DNA of 52,287 nucleotides from an uncultured Bacteroides sp. (GCA_944320735.1 CALUIQ010000192.1:1-52287), one strand, 5' to 3'; counted from the stretch's first letter, positions 1 through 10,243 are shown. The notes: generated from the sequence alone by a model not told the origin. Numbers and translations: made by a program.

Positions 1-99
1 AGTTAAGCCGATAGTAGGCTTATCATGTACCCTAAAAAGTATTGGCTTAACTCCTAACAGAGCGAAGCGGAGTGATAACTCCTTAACTTCTTAACTCCT
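1..99. repeat. Tandem-octamer-armed hairpin element (TAACTCCT family), left arm cut by the window edge
   Basis: AGTTAAGCC (1-9) is the reverse complement of GGCTTAACT (44-52); TAACTCCT/TAACTTCT units at 48, 76, 84 and 92. Confidence 0.7.
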
Positions 100-168
100 A
101 AAAAGAATAATATCAATTAATTCTGTACACTTACTTATAAGTTTATATGTTTTTCCGGTTATGGAATT

Positions 169-591
169 TTATTGCTCTTTCGCCTTGTAGGCCAGCGCAT
201 ACATTCGCATCTGCTTCACCATAGAGAGTAGGCCGTTGCTACGGGTAGGCGAAAGGTGCTCCTTCAGGCCGATGCGATCGATGAAGTAGAGGTCGGCACC
301 AAGTATCTCATCGGGCGTATGGCCGGAGAGGACTTTGATGAGCAGGGCGATGATGCCTTTCACTATCAAGGCGTCGCTTTCCGCCTGAAAGATGAGTTTG
401 CCGTCTTGCTCATCGGCTTGCAGCCACACGCGGCTTTGGCAACCTTCTATCAGGTTCTGGTCTGTTTTATACTTTTCGTCAAGGGGTTGCTGTTCGTTGC
501 CCAGGTCAATGAGCAACTGGTAGCGGTCCATCCAATCGTCGAAGTCGCTGAATTCAGCGATGACTTCGTCTTGCATTTCGTTGATAGTCAT
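169..591 (-). CDS. sufE: SufE family Fe-S cluster assembly sulfur acceptor
   Basis: 140 aa; IEGCQSRVW persulfide Cys motif, ESDALIVKG, LSPTRSNGL. Confidence 0.95.
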   Translation of the reverse strand: MTINEMQDEVIAEFSDFDDWMDRYQLLIDLGNEQQPLDEKYKTDQNLIEGCQSRVWLQADEQDGKLIFQAESDALIVKGIIALLIKVLSGHTPDEILGADLYFIDRIGLKEHLSPTRSNGLLSMVKQMRMYALAYKAKEQ

Positions 592-606
592 TGTTGCTTA
601 ATTTTT

Positions 607-707
607 TAATGTGCTAATATGCTAATGTGTTAATATGCTAATTAGGCTGCGCTGTGTTTGTGCCGTAGGGCATTAGCACATTAACACATTAGCACATTGG
701 CACATTA
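607..707. repeat. Tandem-octamer-armed hairpin element (TAATRTGY / CATTRRCA)
   Basis: Left arm TAATGTGC TAATATGC TAATGTGT TAATATGC TAAT (607-642); right arm CATTAGCA CATTAACA CATTAGCA CATTGGCA CATTA (671-707); 28-nt spacer. Confidence 0.9.
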
Positions 708-709
708 TG

Positions 710-1723
710 TTACTTTTCATTATAAATCACCTCCAGCACCGTTTGGCCTACGGCAGTCAGCGTGTTCTTGTCAATTACATCCATATTGTCATTCGTGGTG
801 TGCCAAAAGTCACCAAAGCCGGTGTCGCAGGTCGGGTCGTAGTTGATGATGTCCACGCAGGGAATCTTGCGCAGGTCGTAGACGTAGACGTGGTCGTCCG
901 TCACTTCGCTGCCGTCAGCCTTGGGGAAGAAAGAGCCGAAGCCCAGGCGGTGGGCGGTGTCCCATATCATCTCGACTTGCCTCTCGGCCGTGCGCACGGA
1001 GAAACCTTCCTTGTAGAATGTGGCGTTTTTGCCGCCTACCATATCCAGCAAGATGCCGTAGCGGGCGTTGTAGTTGTCCACGTGGGGCACCCGTCCCCAA
1101 TATTGCGAGCCAAGGCACCAAGTGTCGGCCTTATAATCGCCCTTGTAGAAGTAAGGCGTGCCATAGTCTTCCGCATCGAAGAAGATGATGTCGATGCCAA
1201 TGGCGGGTGCTTGTCGTTGCAGCTGGCGGGCAATCTCCAACAAGACGCCTACACCACTGGCTCCATCGTTCACGCCCAATATCGGTGTGCGGTGTTTCTT
1301 CTTGTCCGCATCTTGGTCGGCAAAGGGACGGCTGTCCCAGTGGGCGCAGAGCAGGACGCGACGCCGGCTTTCCGGATTGTAAGCACCGATGATGTTGCGT
1401 GCCTTCAGGATGGTATTGTCGAAGGCGATGAGGTCGGCATATTGGTTATAGACTTTGGCGCCGAATTTCTCCAGTTGGCCTGCCAGGTAATCTCCGCAAG
1501 CCAGGTGGGCATCCGTGTTCGGCACGCGGGGGCCGAAGTCTGCTTGCGCTTGGATGTATTGGTAGGCGCTGTCCGCATTGAAGGCCGGCACGTTGACGGT
1601 TTGCTCCGACGTAGCGGGCGTGTCTGCCGATTTCGTCTCGGCATTACTTTTGTTTCCGCAGGCTACGGTGATGGTTATGGCCAGTGTGAATAGGGGGATA
1701 AGGGAATACTTCGTTTTATTCAT
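710..1723 (-). CDS. M28 family peptidase / glutaminyl cyclase-like lipoprotein
   Basis: Signal peptide with lipobox TVAC; metal-ligand motifs HWDSRP, NDGASGVG, FDAED, LLDMVG, DDH, WHT. Confidence 0.88.
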   Translation of the reverse strand: MNKTKYSLIPLFTLAITITVACGNKSNAETKSADTPATSEQTVNVPAFNADSAYQYIQAQADFGPRVPNTDAHLACGDYLAGQLEKFGAKVYNQYADLIAFDNTILKARNIIGAYNPESRRRVLLCAHWDSRPFADQDADKKKHRTPILGVNDGASGVGVLLEIARQLQRQAPAIGIDIIFFDAEDYGTPYFYKGDYKADTWCLGSQYWGRVPHVDNYNARYGILLDMVGGKNATFYKEGFSVRTAERQVEMIWDTAHRLGFGSFFPKADGSEVTDDHVYVYDLRKIPCVDIINYDPTCDTGFGDFWHTTNDNMDVIDKNTLTAVGQTVLEVIYNEK

Positions 1724-1744
1724 CGTACAAATTATATATATATA

Positions 1745-2683
1745 TTATGGTATGTCAAATGTCAGTTTTACTTCTTTCTTGCCTACCTCCAATCGGACGG
1801 GCGCACCGTTGACGAGCGGTAGGTTGTGTGTGACGTGTCCCACGGGGAAGTTGAAGCAGACGGGATAGTCATAGTCCTTCACCAAGTCGGCCAAGGCACC
1901 ATACAAGTCTTTGCCCAGTTGCTTCCTCTCCTCATATTCGGTGAATTGTCCCACGATGAGGCCCGACAAACGCTCCAGTATACCGCTCAGGCGAAGGTTG
2001 TACATCATACGCTCGATGGCGTGCGGACGTTCGCCCACATCTTCCAGGAAGAGCACCGTGCCTTCGGCGGGAATGTCGTAGGGCGTACCCCGCAGGCCAT
2101 AGTACACGGCAAAGTTTCCTCCGCGCAACGTCCCTTCCGCCGTGCCCCGGTGGTTCAGCTTGTGAGGTTCGCAAGTGTAGCCGTGCGGTGCATTGGGCGC
2201 AAAGAATGTTCCGGTCAGGATGTCGCGTAAGGCCAAGGTGCAGTAGTCGTCCTCCGGCTCCACGGTCAGGTGGCGAGCCATAGGGGCGTGCAGGGAAACA
2301 AATCCTTCGTGTTGCCAAAGGCAATGCAAAGCGGTGATGTCGCTAAAGCCAATCATCCATTTGGGCGACTGGCGGAAGCGTTCGAAGTTGAGCTGGTCTA
2401 TCAAGTGGACGGCTCCATATCCACCCCGGCTGCATAAGATGGCACGTGCGTCCTCATCGTCCATCGCTTCCTGCAAGTCCTCCAAGCGTTGGCGGATGGT
2501 GCCTGCGTAAGCCCCGTTCGACCCCGCGGAATGTTTCGCCAGTATCGGATGGAGTCCCCAAGCCTTCAGCCGTGCGACCGCGCCTTTCAGGAAATGCTTG
2601 TCAATCTTGCCCGACGGCGAAACGATGATGACCTTGTCGCCTTCGTGCAAATAAGGTGGAAATATGAGTCTGTCTGATGTCAT
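1745..2683 (-). CDS. ldcA: LD-carboxypeptidase (peptidase S66)
   Basis: RGGYG, GFSD (Ser), LEDV (Glu), PVGH (His) triad motifs; start placed at ATG 2683 because a -7 box lies at 2702-2709. Confidence 0.9.
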   Translation of the reverse strand: MTSDRLIFPPYLHEGDKVIIVSPSGKIDKHFLKGAVARLKAWGLHPILAKHSAGSNGAYAGTIRQRLEDLQEAMDDEDARAILCSRGGYGAVHLIDQLNFERFRQSPKWMIGFSDITALHCLWQHEGFVSLHAPMARHLTVEPEDDYCTLALRDILTGTFFAPNAPHGYTCEPHKLNHRGTAEGTLRGGNFAVYYGLRGTPYDIPAEGTVLFLEDVGERPHAIERMMYNLRLSGILERLSGLIVGQFTEYEERKQLGKDLYGALADLVKDYDYPVCFNFPVGHVTHNLPLVNGAPVRLEVGKKEVKLTFDIP

Positions 2684-2701
2684 AGGTTCAACTATTTCCT
2701 G

Positions 2702-2709
2702 CAAATGTA
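2702..2709 (-). promoter_or_regulatory. Bacteroidetes -7 promoter box (TACATTTG) for the S66/M28/sufE genes
   Basis: Matches TAnnTTTG about 20 nt upstream of ATG 2683; lies within a 14-bp inverted repeat (2692-2728). Confidence 0.6.
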
Positions 2710-2782
2710 CACATTTTGCAGGAAATAGAAAAACAGATAATTTATCATTTATAAACTAACATCACTTTTATACGGAGAATCA

Positions 2783-5700
2783 TTATGTAGTCTCCTCGGA
2801 CTTCCCTTTCCCGTTTTTGTACTGTGTGGGGGTAACACCCATGTATTTCTTAAAGGTGGTGCTGAAGTAACGGGAAGAGGAGAAACCGGTACGTTCGGCT
2901 ATCTCGGTCATATTCAGTTCGCCTTGTTTTAGCATCTCGGCGGCATGTTCTATGCGGAATTTGTTGATGTAGTTGTTGGGACCCATACCGGTCAGTGCCT
3001 TGATGCGGTTGAATAAGGAGGCACGGCTGGTGTGCATCTGCTCGCACAGGTAGGAGATGTCCAGTGTTTCCTCGCTGAGGTGAGTTTCTATCAGCTTGTT
3101 CACCTTGTAGAGGAAGGCATCATCGGCGGAATTGGTCGATACATCGGTTGCCTGGGTGACGGGTGAATAGCGGAAGCGCAACTGCTCGCGCAAGAATAGC
3201 CGGTTACGGACAACGCCCAACAACGCTTCCGGTTCAAAAGGCTTCTCCACGTAGGCATCGGCTCCTGAGTTGTAACCTTCCGTGTGGCTTTGCCCGTCGG
3301 TGCGTGCCGTCAGCAGTATTACTTGGATATAGGCCAGTTCCGCGTCTTCTTTGATGCGTTTGCAGAGTTCGTATCCGTCCATACGGGGCATCATAATATC
3401 GCTGATGACCACATCGGGTATCTCTCGCTTTACCCACATCAAGGCTTCCTGTCCGTCCGATGCCACGAAGAACTTCCTGAACCGTTCTTGGTAGGTTTCG
3501 GTTGCCCATTCCCTCAATTCCTTGTTGTCATCCACGAACAGGCAGGTATATTTTCGTGTGTCTATGCCGTCCGTCACCGGTGTGTCCGTCTCTTTGTCGG
3601 GTTCTGACAAGGGCATCAGCCGGTTCAGGTATTCCTGCGGTTGGGAAACCTGTCCGGCAACCTGGTGGATGGGCAGTTCGTACCAGAAGCAGGCACCGCC
3701 GTCGGGATTGTTTGACGCGCCTATCTGTCCCTGGTGCTCTTCCACCAATATTTGGGCATAGGACAAGCCGATGCCTGCTCCTTCTTTGACCCCTTCGCCT
3801 TGATAGAACCGGGTGAAAAGCTGGTTGGTGTCCACTCCTTTCAGCCCTTCACCTTGATCCATAACGGAGATGCGAACTTTGTTCTCGGCTTCCTTCAATT
3901 CGGTACGCACGGTGATGACGCTTCCGTCCGGGCTGTGCTTGAAGGCATTCACCAATAAATTGGTCAGGATGATGACGTTTTTCTCTTTGTCGAAACATAC
4001 TTCGCCGATGGCGGGATCCGGTTGGAAATCCAGTCGGACGTTGCGTTCCGCTCCTTCGTATTGGAAATCGTTCACCGTGTCTTGCAACCATTCGTTCAAC
4101 GGGTGGGGCAGAAACTGGAGTTTAGTTTCCTTCATCTCCATCTTGCGCAGGCTCAGCACCATATCCAGCAGTCCCTTCATACGCCGGGTCTGCTTCAGCA
4201 CTTTCTTCAACGGGAGGTAATACGTGTCGTCCGGCGAAAGGTGTTGCATAATTTGGAGCAGCGGGCCGTGTATCAGTGTTAGCGGTGTACGTAGCTCGTG
4301 GTTGATGTTGATGAGGAAGCGCACTTTTTCTTCGTACACTTGCTGTTTGTGTTCCTTCAGCACCATCAGCAGTTTTTCTTCCTTTCGGCGCATACCGCGC
4401 CATACCCAATAAACCACGTTCCCCGCTATCAGGAAAACGCACCCTAAGATGAACCACCATGTCTGATACCAAGCGGGAGGCACACTGAAAGTGACGATGT
4501 GCGTCATCGGCATCCATTGGCTTTCTTTCGTGCTGCACGAGGCATAAATGTGATACGTGCCGGGCGAAAGTGTGTGCAACGATAGTTGCGGCTCCCGGCT
4601 TTCCGTTTCCTGTTTCACCGCTCCTTCAATCCGCCAGCGGTATGTCCGTTTGCGGAAGCGGTCTGTCGTGTGGGTCAATAACTTCACGCTGACTAAGTCT
4701 TGCCGAACCGGACATTTTAGCTCGCGGTTTGAGTCGTCCACTTCTCCCAATACGCTATGCTCTCCTGTAATGATATCGCCTAACGAGAGTGTCGGCAGGT
4801 CGGGGCGGGTCAGTTCTGCCATATCTTCGTTTATACACACCAATCCGTTGATACCGCCGATGAAGATGCCACCTTGCGAGGCGTTCAATACCGCCCGTTC
4901 TATATAGACATTGGGCTGTACCCCGTCCGATTCATCTAACGTGATGAGTTTTTTGCGGGCGGGCAACCACACGTGCAGCCCTTTTTCGGAACCTATCCAC
5001 AAGCGGTGTCCGTTGTCGAACAACAAGGCGGAGACGTCCTTTACGGGGTACTCCAGCGGGAGAGTGGTGCGGGTTACGGGGTCATACTTCCGCAGGCCGT
5101 CCGGCGTCCCGACCCAAAACTTGCCTTCCAAATCCCGGCAGGCACATTTCATTACCTCCGTTTTGTCCACCGAGTAAAGCACCTGTAGGCGGTCGTTCCG
5201 GATGTTCAGGCTGTAGATGGAACGTATGTCATGCAGGTAGGTATAAGGCCCTTCTTGCCCGATGACCGTGAATACGCCCTTGGCTTTCTCTTCGTCCGAG
5301 GTCAGCTTGCGCACCTGGTTCGTGGCGGGGAAATAGCGATGGATGTCGCTGGACAGTATCAGGATGGAAGACGGTGATTCGCGGTAGACGTAGATGGACT
5401 TGCGATCGTACATGGCTTCTTGCTCGATGGATGCCAAGGATTTCACCTTGCGGAAGGTCCCGGCTTGTTTGTCGAAGGCATACATACCTTTGGAGAACAA
5501 GGTGGTCAGCAATTCGCGCTCGTTGAGCGGACAGAGGGAACTGACTTTTTCGCCCCACGTTTTCGGGTAGTGGGTAAACTGGCGGGTTTGCGGGTTGAAA
5601 CTGTTGACGCCTCCGCCGTCGGTGCCGATCCATACTTCGTCCGAGGGCTTCTCTTGGCAGAATGACAGCACGGCTTTGTCGCTCAAGCCTGTGTGGGCGT

Positions 5701-6721
5701 TCAGCGGTACATCCATGTAGGACCGGATGCTGGAGGGATGGATGAAGATAAGCCCGCTCTTCACGCTGCCCACCCACAGGTTCTTGCCGTCCACGTACAT
5801 ACTTTGCAGGGAGTTGTCTGGCAGGGAGTTCTTGTCGCCGGGGACATAAGGCAGTACCCGTATCTTGCGGGTCTTGGGGTTCAGAATGTTGATGCCGCCT
5901 CCGTCGGTCCCCAGCCAGATTTCTTCCTCATACTCGACCATACAGAGGATGATGTTGTGGCTCAAGTCCGAATTGCCGGTGTGGTAAGTTCCCAACAGGT
6001 TCCCTTCGCGGTCGAAGCAACTGACGCCTTTGTTGTAAGAAGCTACCCACAACTGTTGCCGGCTATCCAGCAGCATGCGGCTGATTTGTTCCGATTGGGG
6101 GATGGGAGCTGGATGCATCTTCCCGGTACGTACATCCAAGAGGAAAAGACCTTCCCACAAACGGAGGCAGAGCAAGGTGTGCTCATCCCAAGGTATGATT
6201 TCCTTCACCAAGGACCCCCGGTTGGAGAGGTCTATCTTCTTTATTTGGCGGGTGTGGTAGTCGTAGAAGAAGAGAGCGTCCCGGGCCGAGAAGAACATGC
6301 CTCCTTGCCAACGGCAGGCGGCAGTGGCTTTCACTGTTCCTCCGTCCGTACTTCGCAAGAAACGCCCGGACTTTTTGTCGTAGGTGGCCAGTCCGCCATT
6401 GGTCAGCACCCAAATGTTGCGCAGGCTGTCTTCCACGATTTGATAGACTTCGTTGCCTGGCAGGGAGTAGGGGTCGTCCGCGTCGTGCAGGAACATTTTC
6501 AGGTCATAGCCGTCGAACCGTCCCAAACCTTGCTTGGTGGCTACCCATACAAACCCGTCCCGCTCCGCATAAACATTTTGGACGGAGGCGGGCATGCCTT
6601 CGGAGATGGACAACTGCCGGAAAAGGTAATCCGGGGCGGCGGATAAGGAGGATGTGGAGAGGCTGAAGCCTGCCAGAAAGGCTATATATAAATATAGGTA
6701 TAGAAATTGGTGCTTTTTCAT
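2783..6721 (-). CDS. Hybrid two-component sensor kinase/response regulator (PUL regulator)
   Basis: 1312 aa; beta-propeller repeats (WVAT/WLGTDGGG), TM segment after PPAWYQTWWF, HELRTPLT H-box, G-boxes, receiver DIMMP, C-terminal AraC HTH; divergent from susC. Confidence 0.96.
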   Translation of the reverse strand: MKKHQFLYLYLYIAFLAGFSLSTSSLSAAPDYLFRQLSISEGMPASVQNVYAERDGFVWVATKQGLGRFDGYDLKMFLHDADDPYSLPGNEVYQIVEDSLRNIWVLTNGGLATYDKKSGRFLRSTDGGTVKATAACRWQGGMFFSARDALFFYDYHTRQIKKIDLSNRGSLVKEIIPWDEHTLLCLRLWEGLFLLDVRTGKMHPAPIPQSEQISRMLLDSRQQLWVASYNKGVSCFDREGNLLGTYHTGNSDLSHNIILCMVEYEEEIWLGTDGGGINILNPKTRKIRVLPYVPGDKNSLPDNSLQSMYVDGKNLWVGSVKSGLIFIHPSSIRSYMDVPLNAHTGLSDKAVLSFCQEKPSDEVWIGTDGGGVNSFNPQTRQFTHYPKTWGEKVSSLCPLNERELLTTLFSKGMYAFDKQAGTFRKVKSLASIEQEAMYDRKSIYVYRESPSSILILSSDIHRYFPATNQVRKLTSDEEKAKGVFTVIGQEGPYTYLHDIRSIYSLNIRNDRLQVLYSVDKTEVMKCACRDLEGKFWVGTPDGLRKYDPVTRTTLPLEYPVKDVSALLFDNGHRLWIGSEKGLHVWLPARKKLITLDESDGVQPNVYIERAVLNASQGGIFIGGINGLVCINEDMAELTRPDLPTLSLGDIITGEHSVLGEVDDSNRELKCPVRQDLVSVKLLTHTTDRFRKRTYRWRIEGAVKQETESREPQLSLHTLSPGTYHIYASCSTKESQWMPMTHIVTFSVPPAWYQTWWFILGCVFLIAGNVVYWVWRGMRRKEEKLLMVLKEHKQQVYEEKVRFLININHELRTPLTLIHGPLLQIMQHLSPDDTYYLPLKKVLKQTRRMKGLLDMVLSLRKMEMKETKLQFLPHPLNEWLQDTVNDFQYEGAERNVRLDFQPDPAIGEVCFDKEKNVIILTNLLVNAFKHSPDGSVITVRTELKEAENKVRISVMDQGEGLKGVDTNQLFTRFYQGEGVKEGAGIGLSYAQILVEEHQGQIGASNNPDGGACFWYELPIHQVAGQVSQPQEYLNRLMPLSEPDKETDTPVTDGIDTRKYTCLFVDDNKELREWATETYQERFRKFFVASDGQEALMWVKREIPDVVISDIMMPRMDGYELCKRIKEDAELAYIQVILLTARTDGQSHTEGYNSGADAYVEKPFEPEALLGVVRNRLFLREQLRFRYSPVTQATDVSTNSADDAFLYKVNKLIETHLSEETLDISYLCEQMHTSRASLFNRIKALTGMGPNNYINKFRIEHAAEMLKQGELNMTEIAERTGFSSSRYFSTTFKKYMGVTPTQYKNGKGKSEETT

Positions 6722-6747
6722 GGGCTTTTCAGGTTATATACATAGGG

Positions 6748-6755
6748 CAAAGATA
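6748..6755 (-). promoter_or_regulatory. -7 promoter box (TATCTTTG) of the HTCS gene
   Basis: Exact TAnnTTTG match about 26 nt upstream of the ATG. Confidence 0.7.
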
Positions 6756-6862
6756 GAGTTTTTTTGCAAGAAGCTATGTAATATTTCCATTTTTCGATAG
6801 AGAAATGTTTGTTTTTGGATAATTTCCCCTTTTTATTCCCCTCTGTGGATATGATTTAGCGG

Positions 6863-6921
6863 TTTTCAGAAAAGGTTTATTGATTTTCGGACGTAGTTTT
6901 GTTCTAATTATACAACCTTTG
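6863..6921 (+). promoter_or_regulatory. Candidate HTCS binding site (TTTTCRGA direct repeat, 21-bp period) and degenerate -7 box of susC
   Basis: TTTTCAGA at 6863 and TTTTCGGA at 6884; AACCTTTG at 6914-6921. Confidence 0.5.
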
Positions 6922-6980
6922 CAAAGCTTAACGTTACTGCAAAAAGAATTAGATTTTTTAATTAAAGAGGTTTTCAAACC

Positions 6981-9900
6981 ATGGAATTAGCAAGAAAGAA
7001 TAAGGCGCGTTATTTATGCGTATGTATGCTGGCCTTTTTGTTGCTCTTCCCTTTGGGATTGTTCGCACAGCAAGGTGTGATTACCGGAAAGGTAGTCGAT
7101 GAATCGGGTGAAAGCGTCATTGGTGCTTCCATCCAAGTGAAAGGTACGACTGTCGGCACTATCACAGATATTGACGGCAATTTCTCTGTGCAGGCTGAAG
7201 TGGGTAACACGATTGTCGTTTCGTTTATCGGTTACGCCACTCAGGAACTTAAAGTGACCCAAGAAAAAGGGTTGCGCATCACGCTGAAGGAAGATACTGA
7301 ACTGTTGGACGAGGTAGTCGTGGTCGGTTACGGTAGTTCGCGCAAAAGCGACCTGACCGGTGCGTTGACCAATATGCGCCCCGATGCCAACGATGCTTCC
7401 AAGTCCATTTCATTGGACAATTTGTTGAATGGTAAGGTGGCCGGTTTGGTGGTAAGTTCCACTTCTTCCATGACGGGTGCCGCTTCCTCCATCCAGATTC
7501 GTGGTGCCAGTTCGTTGCGTGGCGACAACCAGCCGTTGTATGTGATTGACAACGTGCCGATGGCTTCGGCCGGTGAGTTCGCTTCCTCCGCTGTGGGTGG
7601 CAGTGACTTCCAGGTGAACCAAGACCCTTTGGCTTCGTTGAACCCGAATGACATTGAAGACATCACCATCCTGAAAGATGCTTCGTCTACCGCCATCTAT
7701 GGTTCGCGCGGCGCCAACGGTGTCATCTTGATCACCACAAAGAAAGGTCGCCAAGGAAAGGCCAAGGTGAATGTTTCGGCCAACTTCACCATTGCGGAAC
7801 CTTCCAAGCTGTTGGATATGATTAACCTGCAAGAGTATGCCGTTTACCGCAATTCGCGTGTGAACAATGGGGAGTATCCGTTCTATGTAGTGGGTGATGA
7901 AGTGCGTTACGTGTTTAGCGATGCATTGTCCAGTTATGATCCCAACAATCCCGAAACGTACCGTATCGTAGATTATCGCAACTGGCAGAAAGAAATCTAC
8001 CAGTCGGCTTTCTCGCAGAATTATTCGGTGTCACTGAGTGGTGGTACGGACAAGGTGACTTACTACGTCTCCGCCAACTTCAAGGACATCAACGGTACGG
8101 TGAAGCAGACCGGCTTGCAGCAGGGCGACTTGCGTGCCAATTTCGGTTTTGACATTTCCAAGAAGGTTCACCTGAACATGACTATGAGCGGTTCTATCCG
8201 TCAGAACGATATGATGGCCGGTGGTGGTACGTTGGGTGGTTCTACTACAGCTGTCTCGCGTACGGCTTTGGACTATGCTCCTTTCTTGATGCCGGATGAC
8301 GACCCCTCGCTGAGCGGTGAAAACAGGACTACGGTGCTCAGTTGGTTGAACGACTATGTGGATGATGCCAATGACAAGACGTTCAACGCCAGCTTGGATT
8401 TGCGTTGGCAGATTATTGACGGCTTGAGCTATAACTTCCGTGCCGGTGGTAACCTGAACACCAACGACCGTAAACGCTGGTATGGCATGCAACTCTACCA
8501 AGGTATGAATAACAACGGTTTGTTGGCCATCTCTGACTTGGACAAGAGCAACATCAACGTGGAGAACCTGTTGAACTACACCAAGGACTTCGGCGAACTG
8601 CTGCATTTGGACGCTACGGCCGGTGTGACTTACGACCAATACAAGTTCTTGAACGCCAATACGCGCGGTACCCAGTTCTCTACCTTCGATTTGCGTGAAA
8701 ACGGTCTTCACATGGCTGGCGATGTGACCCATGAGATGCCCGTTCAGAAAGACTATCAGCTGCTGTCCTACTTGGGTCGCGTCAATTTGTCTTTCTTGAA
8801 TAAATACCTGATTACGGCTTCTATCCGTGCCGATGGTTCCAGTAAGTTTGTCGAGGGGAACCGCTGGGGATACTTCCCCTCCGCTTCAGTGGCTTGGCGT
8901 ATGGAGCAGGAAGAGTTTATGCAGGACCTCTCTTGGCTGCACCAGTTGAAGTTGCGTGCCAGCTACGGTGTGACGGGTAACCAGAGTATCGACCCCTACT
9001 TCACATTCTCCACTTACGAGGGGAACAATACACAGATAGGTAACGGACAAGGAGAGGGCATGAGTTCCTTGGTCATCAGTAACCTGCCGAACGATGGCCT
9101 TACTTGGGAGAAGACTTCTTCTTGGAACGTAGGTATCGACTTCGGTCTCTTTAAGTCCCGTCTCAGCGGTACATTGGATGTCTATATGAAGAAGACAGAG
9201 GACTTGCTCATCCTGCGTGAGCTTCCAGGTTCAGCCGGTTTCGGTTCTACTTATTACAACCAAGGTTCGTTGGACAACAAAGGTGTGGAATTCTCGCTGA
9301 ACGCGCAAATCATCGAACAGAAAGACTGGAGTTGGAGCGTAAGTGCCAACATCGGTAAGAACAAGAATGAGATTACCAACTTGGGTCTGGATCCTACTAC
9401 GTTCGGTTGCCTGGGCGAACGCATCGGTTACTACGGCAACTCTTTGGGCGACCACTTCGGTGTCGGCAACATCTTCTTGGAAGGTGAAGCTCCGGGATTG
9501 CTGTTGGGCCTTGCCACACAAGGCATTGTGCAAGAGGGTGACCTCGTTCGGGAAAACGGTGCCGTAACAGGCGTGAGGTACACCAAAGCCGATGGAACAG
9601 AGGGCGTATATAATACGGTGAACGGTTCTACCCCGAAAGCCGGTGACGTGAAATACATCGACCAAGACGGTAACGGCTCCATCGACGCGAACGACCGTAC
9701 CATCATTGGCAATCCGAACCCCGGTTTTACTTACGGTTTCCAGACTTCTTTGTCGTGGAAGACGTTGACCTTGTCCGCAGCTTTCAACGGCGTGCATGAC
9801 CGCGATGTCATCAACACGAACAACCGTTACAACAACTTGCCGAGCCAGAGCACCGGTAATCTGACGAGGGAAGCTTTCCAAGGAATGTGGACAGCGGAGA

Positions 9901-10220
9901 ATCCGACCAATCTCTACCCGTCATCCACTTACCAGATTTATAACGGAATCGTGCTCGACCGTTACGTGGAAGACGCCAGTTACCTGCGCTGCTCGGACAT
10001 CACGCTGAATTGGGCTGTGCCAAGCAACTGGGTAAAGAAGATCGGTTTCCAGAACATCTCGGTATTCGCTTCCGTGAAGAATGCCTTTGTCATCACCGAC
10101 TATAGCGGTTATGACCCCGAAGTGAACAGTTTCGCTTTCGACGGCTTGCGTCCGGGCATCGACATGAGTTCTTATCCCACGCCCCGTCAGTACATCTTCG
10201 GTTTGAATGTAGCTTTCTAA
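6981..10220 (+). CDS. susC: SusC/RagA family TonB-dependent transporter
   Basis: 1079 aa; N-terminal extension domain, LDEVVVVGYG, plug motif KDASSTAIYGSRGANGVILITTKKG, WEKT, C-terminal YPTPRQYIFGLNVAF. Confidence 0.97.
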   Translation: MELARKNKARYLCVCMLAFLLLFPLGLFAQQGVITGKVVDESGESVIGASIQVKGTTVGTITDIDGNFSVQAEVGNTIVVSFIGYATQELKVTQEKGLRITLKEDTELLDEVVVVGYGSSRKSDLTGALTNMRPDANDASKSISLDNLLNGKVAGLVVSSTSSMTGAASSIQIRGASSLRGDNQPLYVIDNVPMASAGEFASSAVGGSDFQVNQDPLASLNPNDIEDITILKDASSTAIYGSRGANGVILITTKKGRQGKAKVNVSANFTIAEPSKLLDMINLQEYAVYRNSRVNNGEYPFYVVGDEVRYVFSDALSSYDPNNPETYRIVDYRNWQKEIYQSAFSQNYSVSLSGGTDKVTYYVSANFKDINGTVKQTGLQQGDLRANFGFDISKKVHLNMTMSGSIRQNDMMAGGGTLGGSTTAVSRTALDYAPFLMPDDDPSLSGENRTTVLSWLNDYVDDANDKTFNASLDLRWQIIDGLSYNFRAGGNLNTNDRKRWYGMQLYQGMNNNGLLAISDLDKSNINVENLLNYTKDFGELLHLDATAGVTYDQYKFLNANTRGTQFSTFDLRENGLHMAGDVTHEMPVQKDYQLLSYLGRVNLSFLNKYLITASIRADGSSKFVEGNRWGYFPSASVAWRMEQEEFMQDLSWLHQLKLRASYGVTGNQSIDPYFTFSTYEGNNTQIGNGQGEGMSSLVISNLPNDGLTWEKTSSWNVGIDFGLFKSRLSGTLDVYMKKTEDLLILRELPGSAGFGSTYYNQGSLDNKGVEFSLNAQIIEQKDWSWSVSANIGKNKNEITNLGLDPTTFGCLGERIGYYGNSLGDHFGVGNIFLEGEAPGLLLGLATQGIVQEGDLVRENGAVTGVRYTKADGTEGVYNTVNGSTPKAGDVKYIDQDGNGSIDANDRTIIGNPNPGFTYGFQTSLSWKTLTLSAAFNGVHDRDVINTNNRYNNLPSQSTGNLTREAFQGMWTAENPTNLYPSSTYQIYNGIVLDRYVEDASYLRCSDITLNWAVPSNWVKKIGFQNISVFASVKNAFVITDYSGYDPEVNSFAFDGLRPGIDMSSYPTPRQYIFGLNVAF

Positions 10221-10243
10221 CATCATGAACCTTTAATATAATT

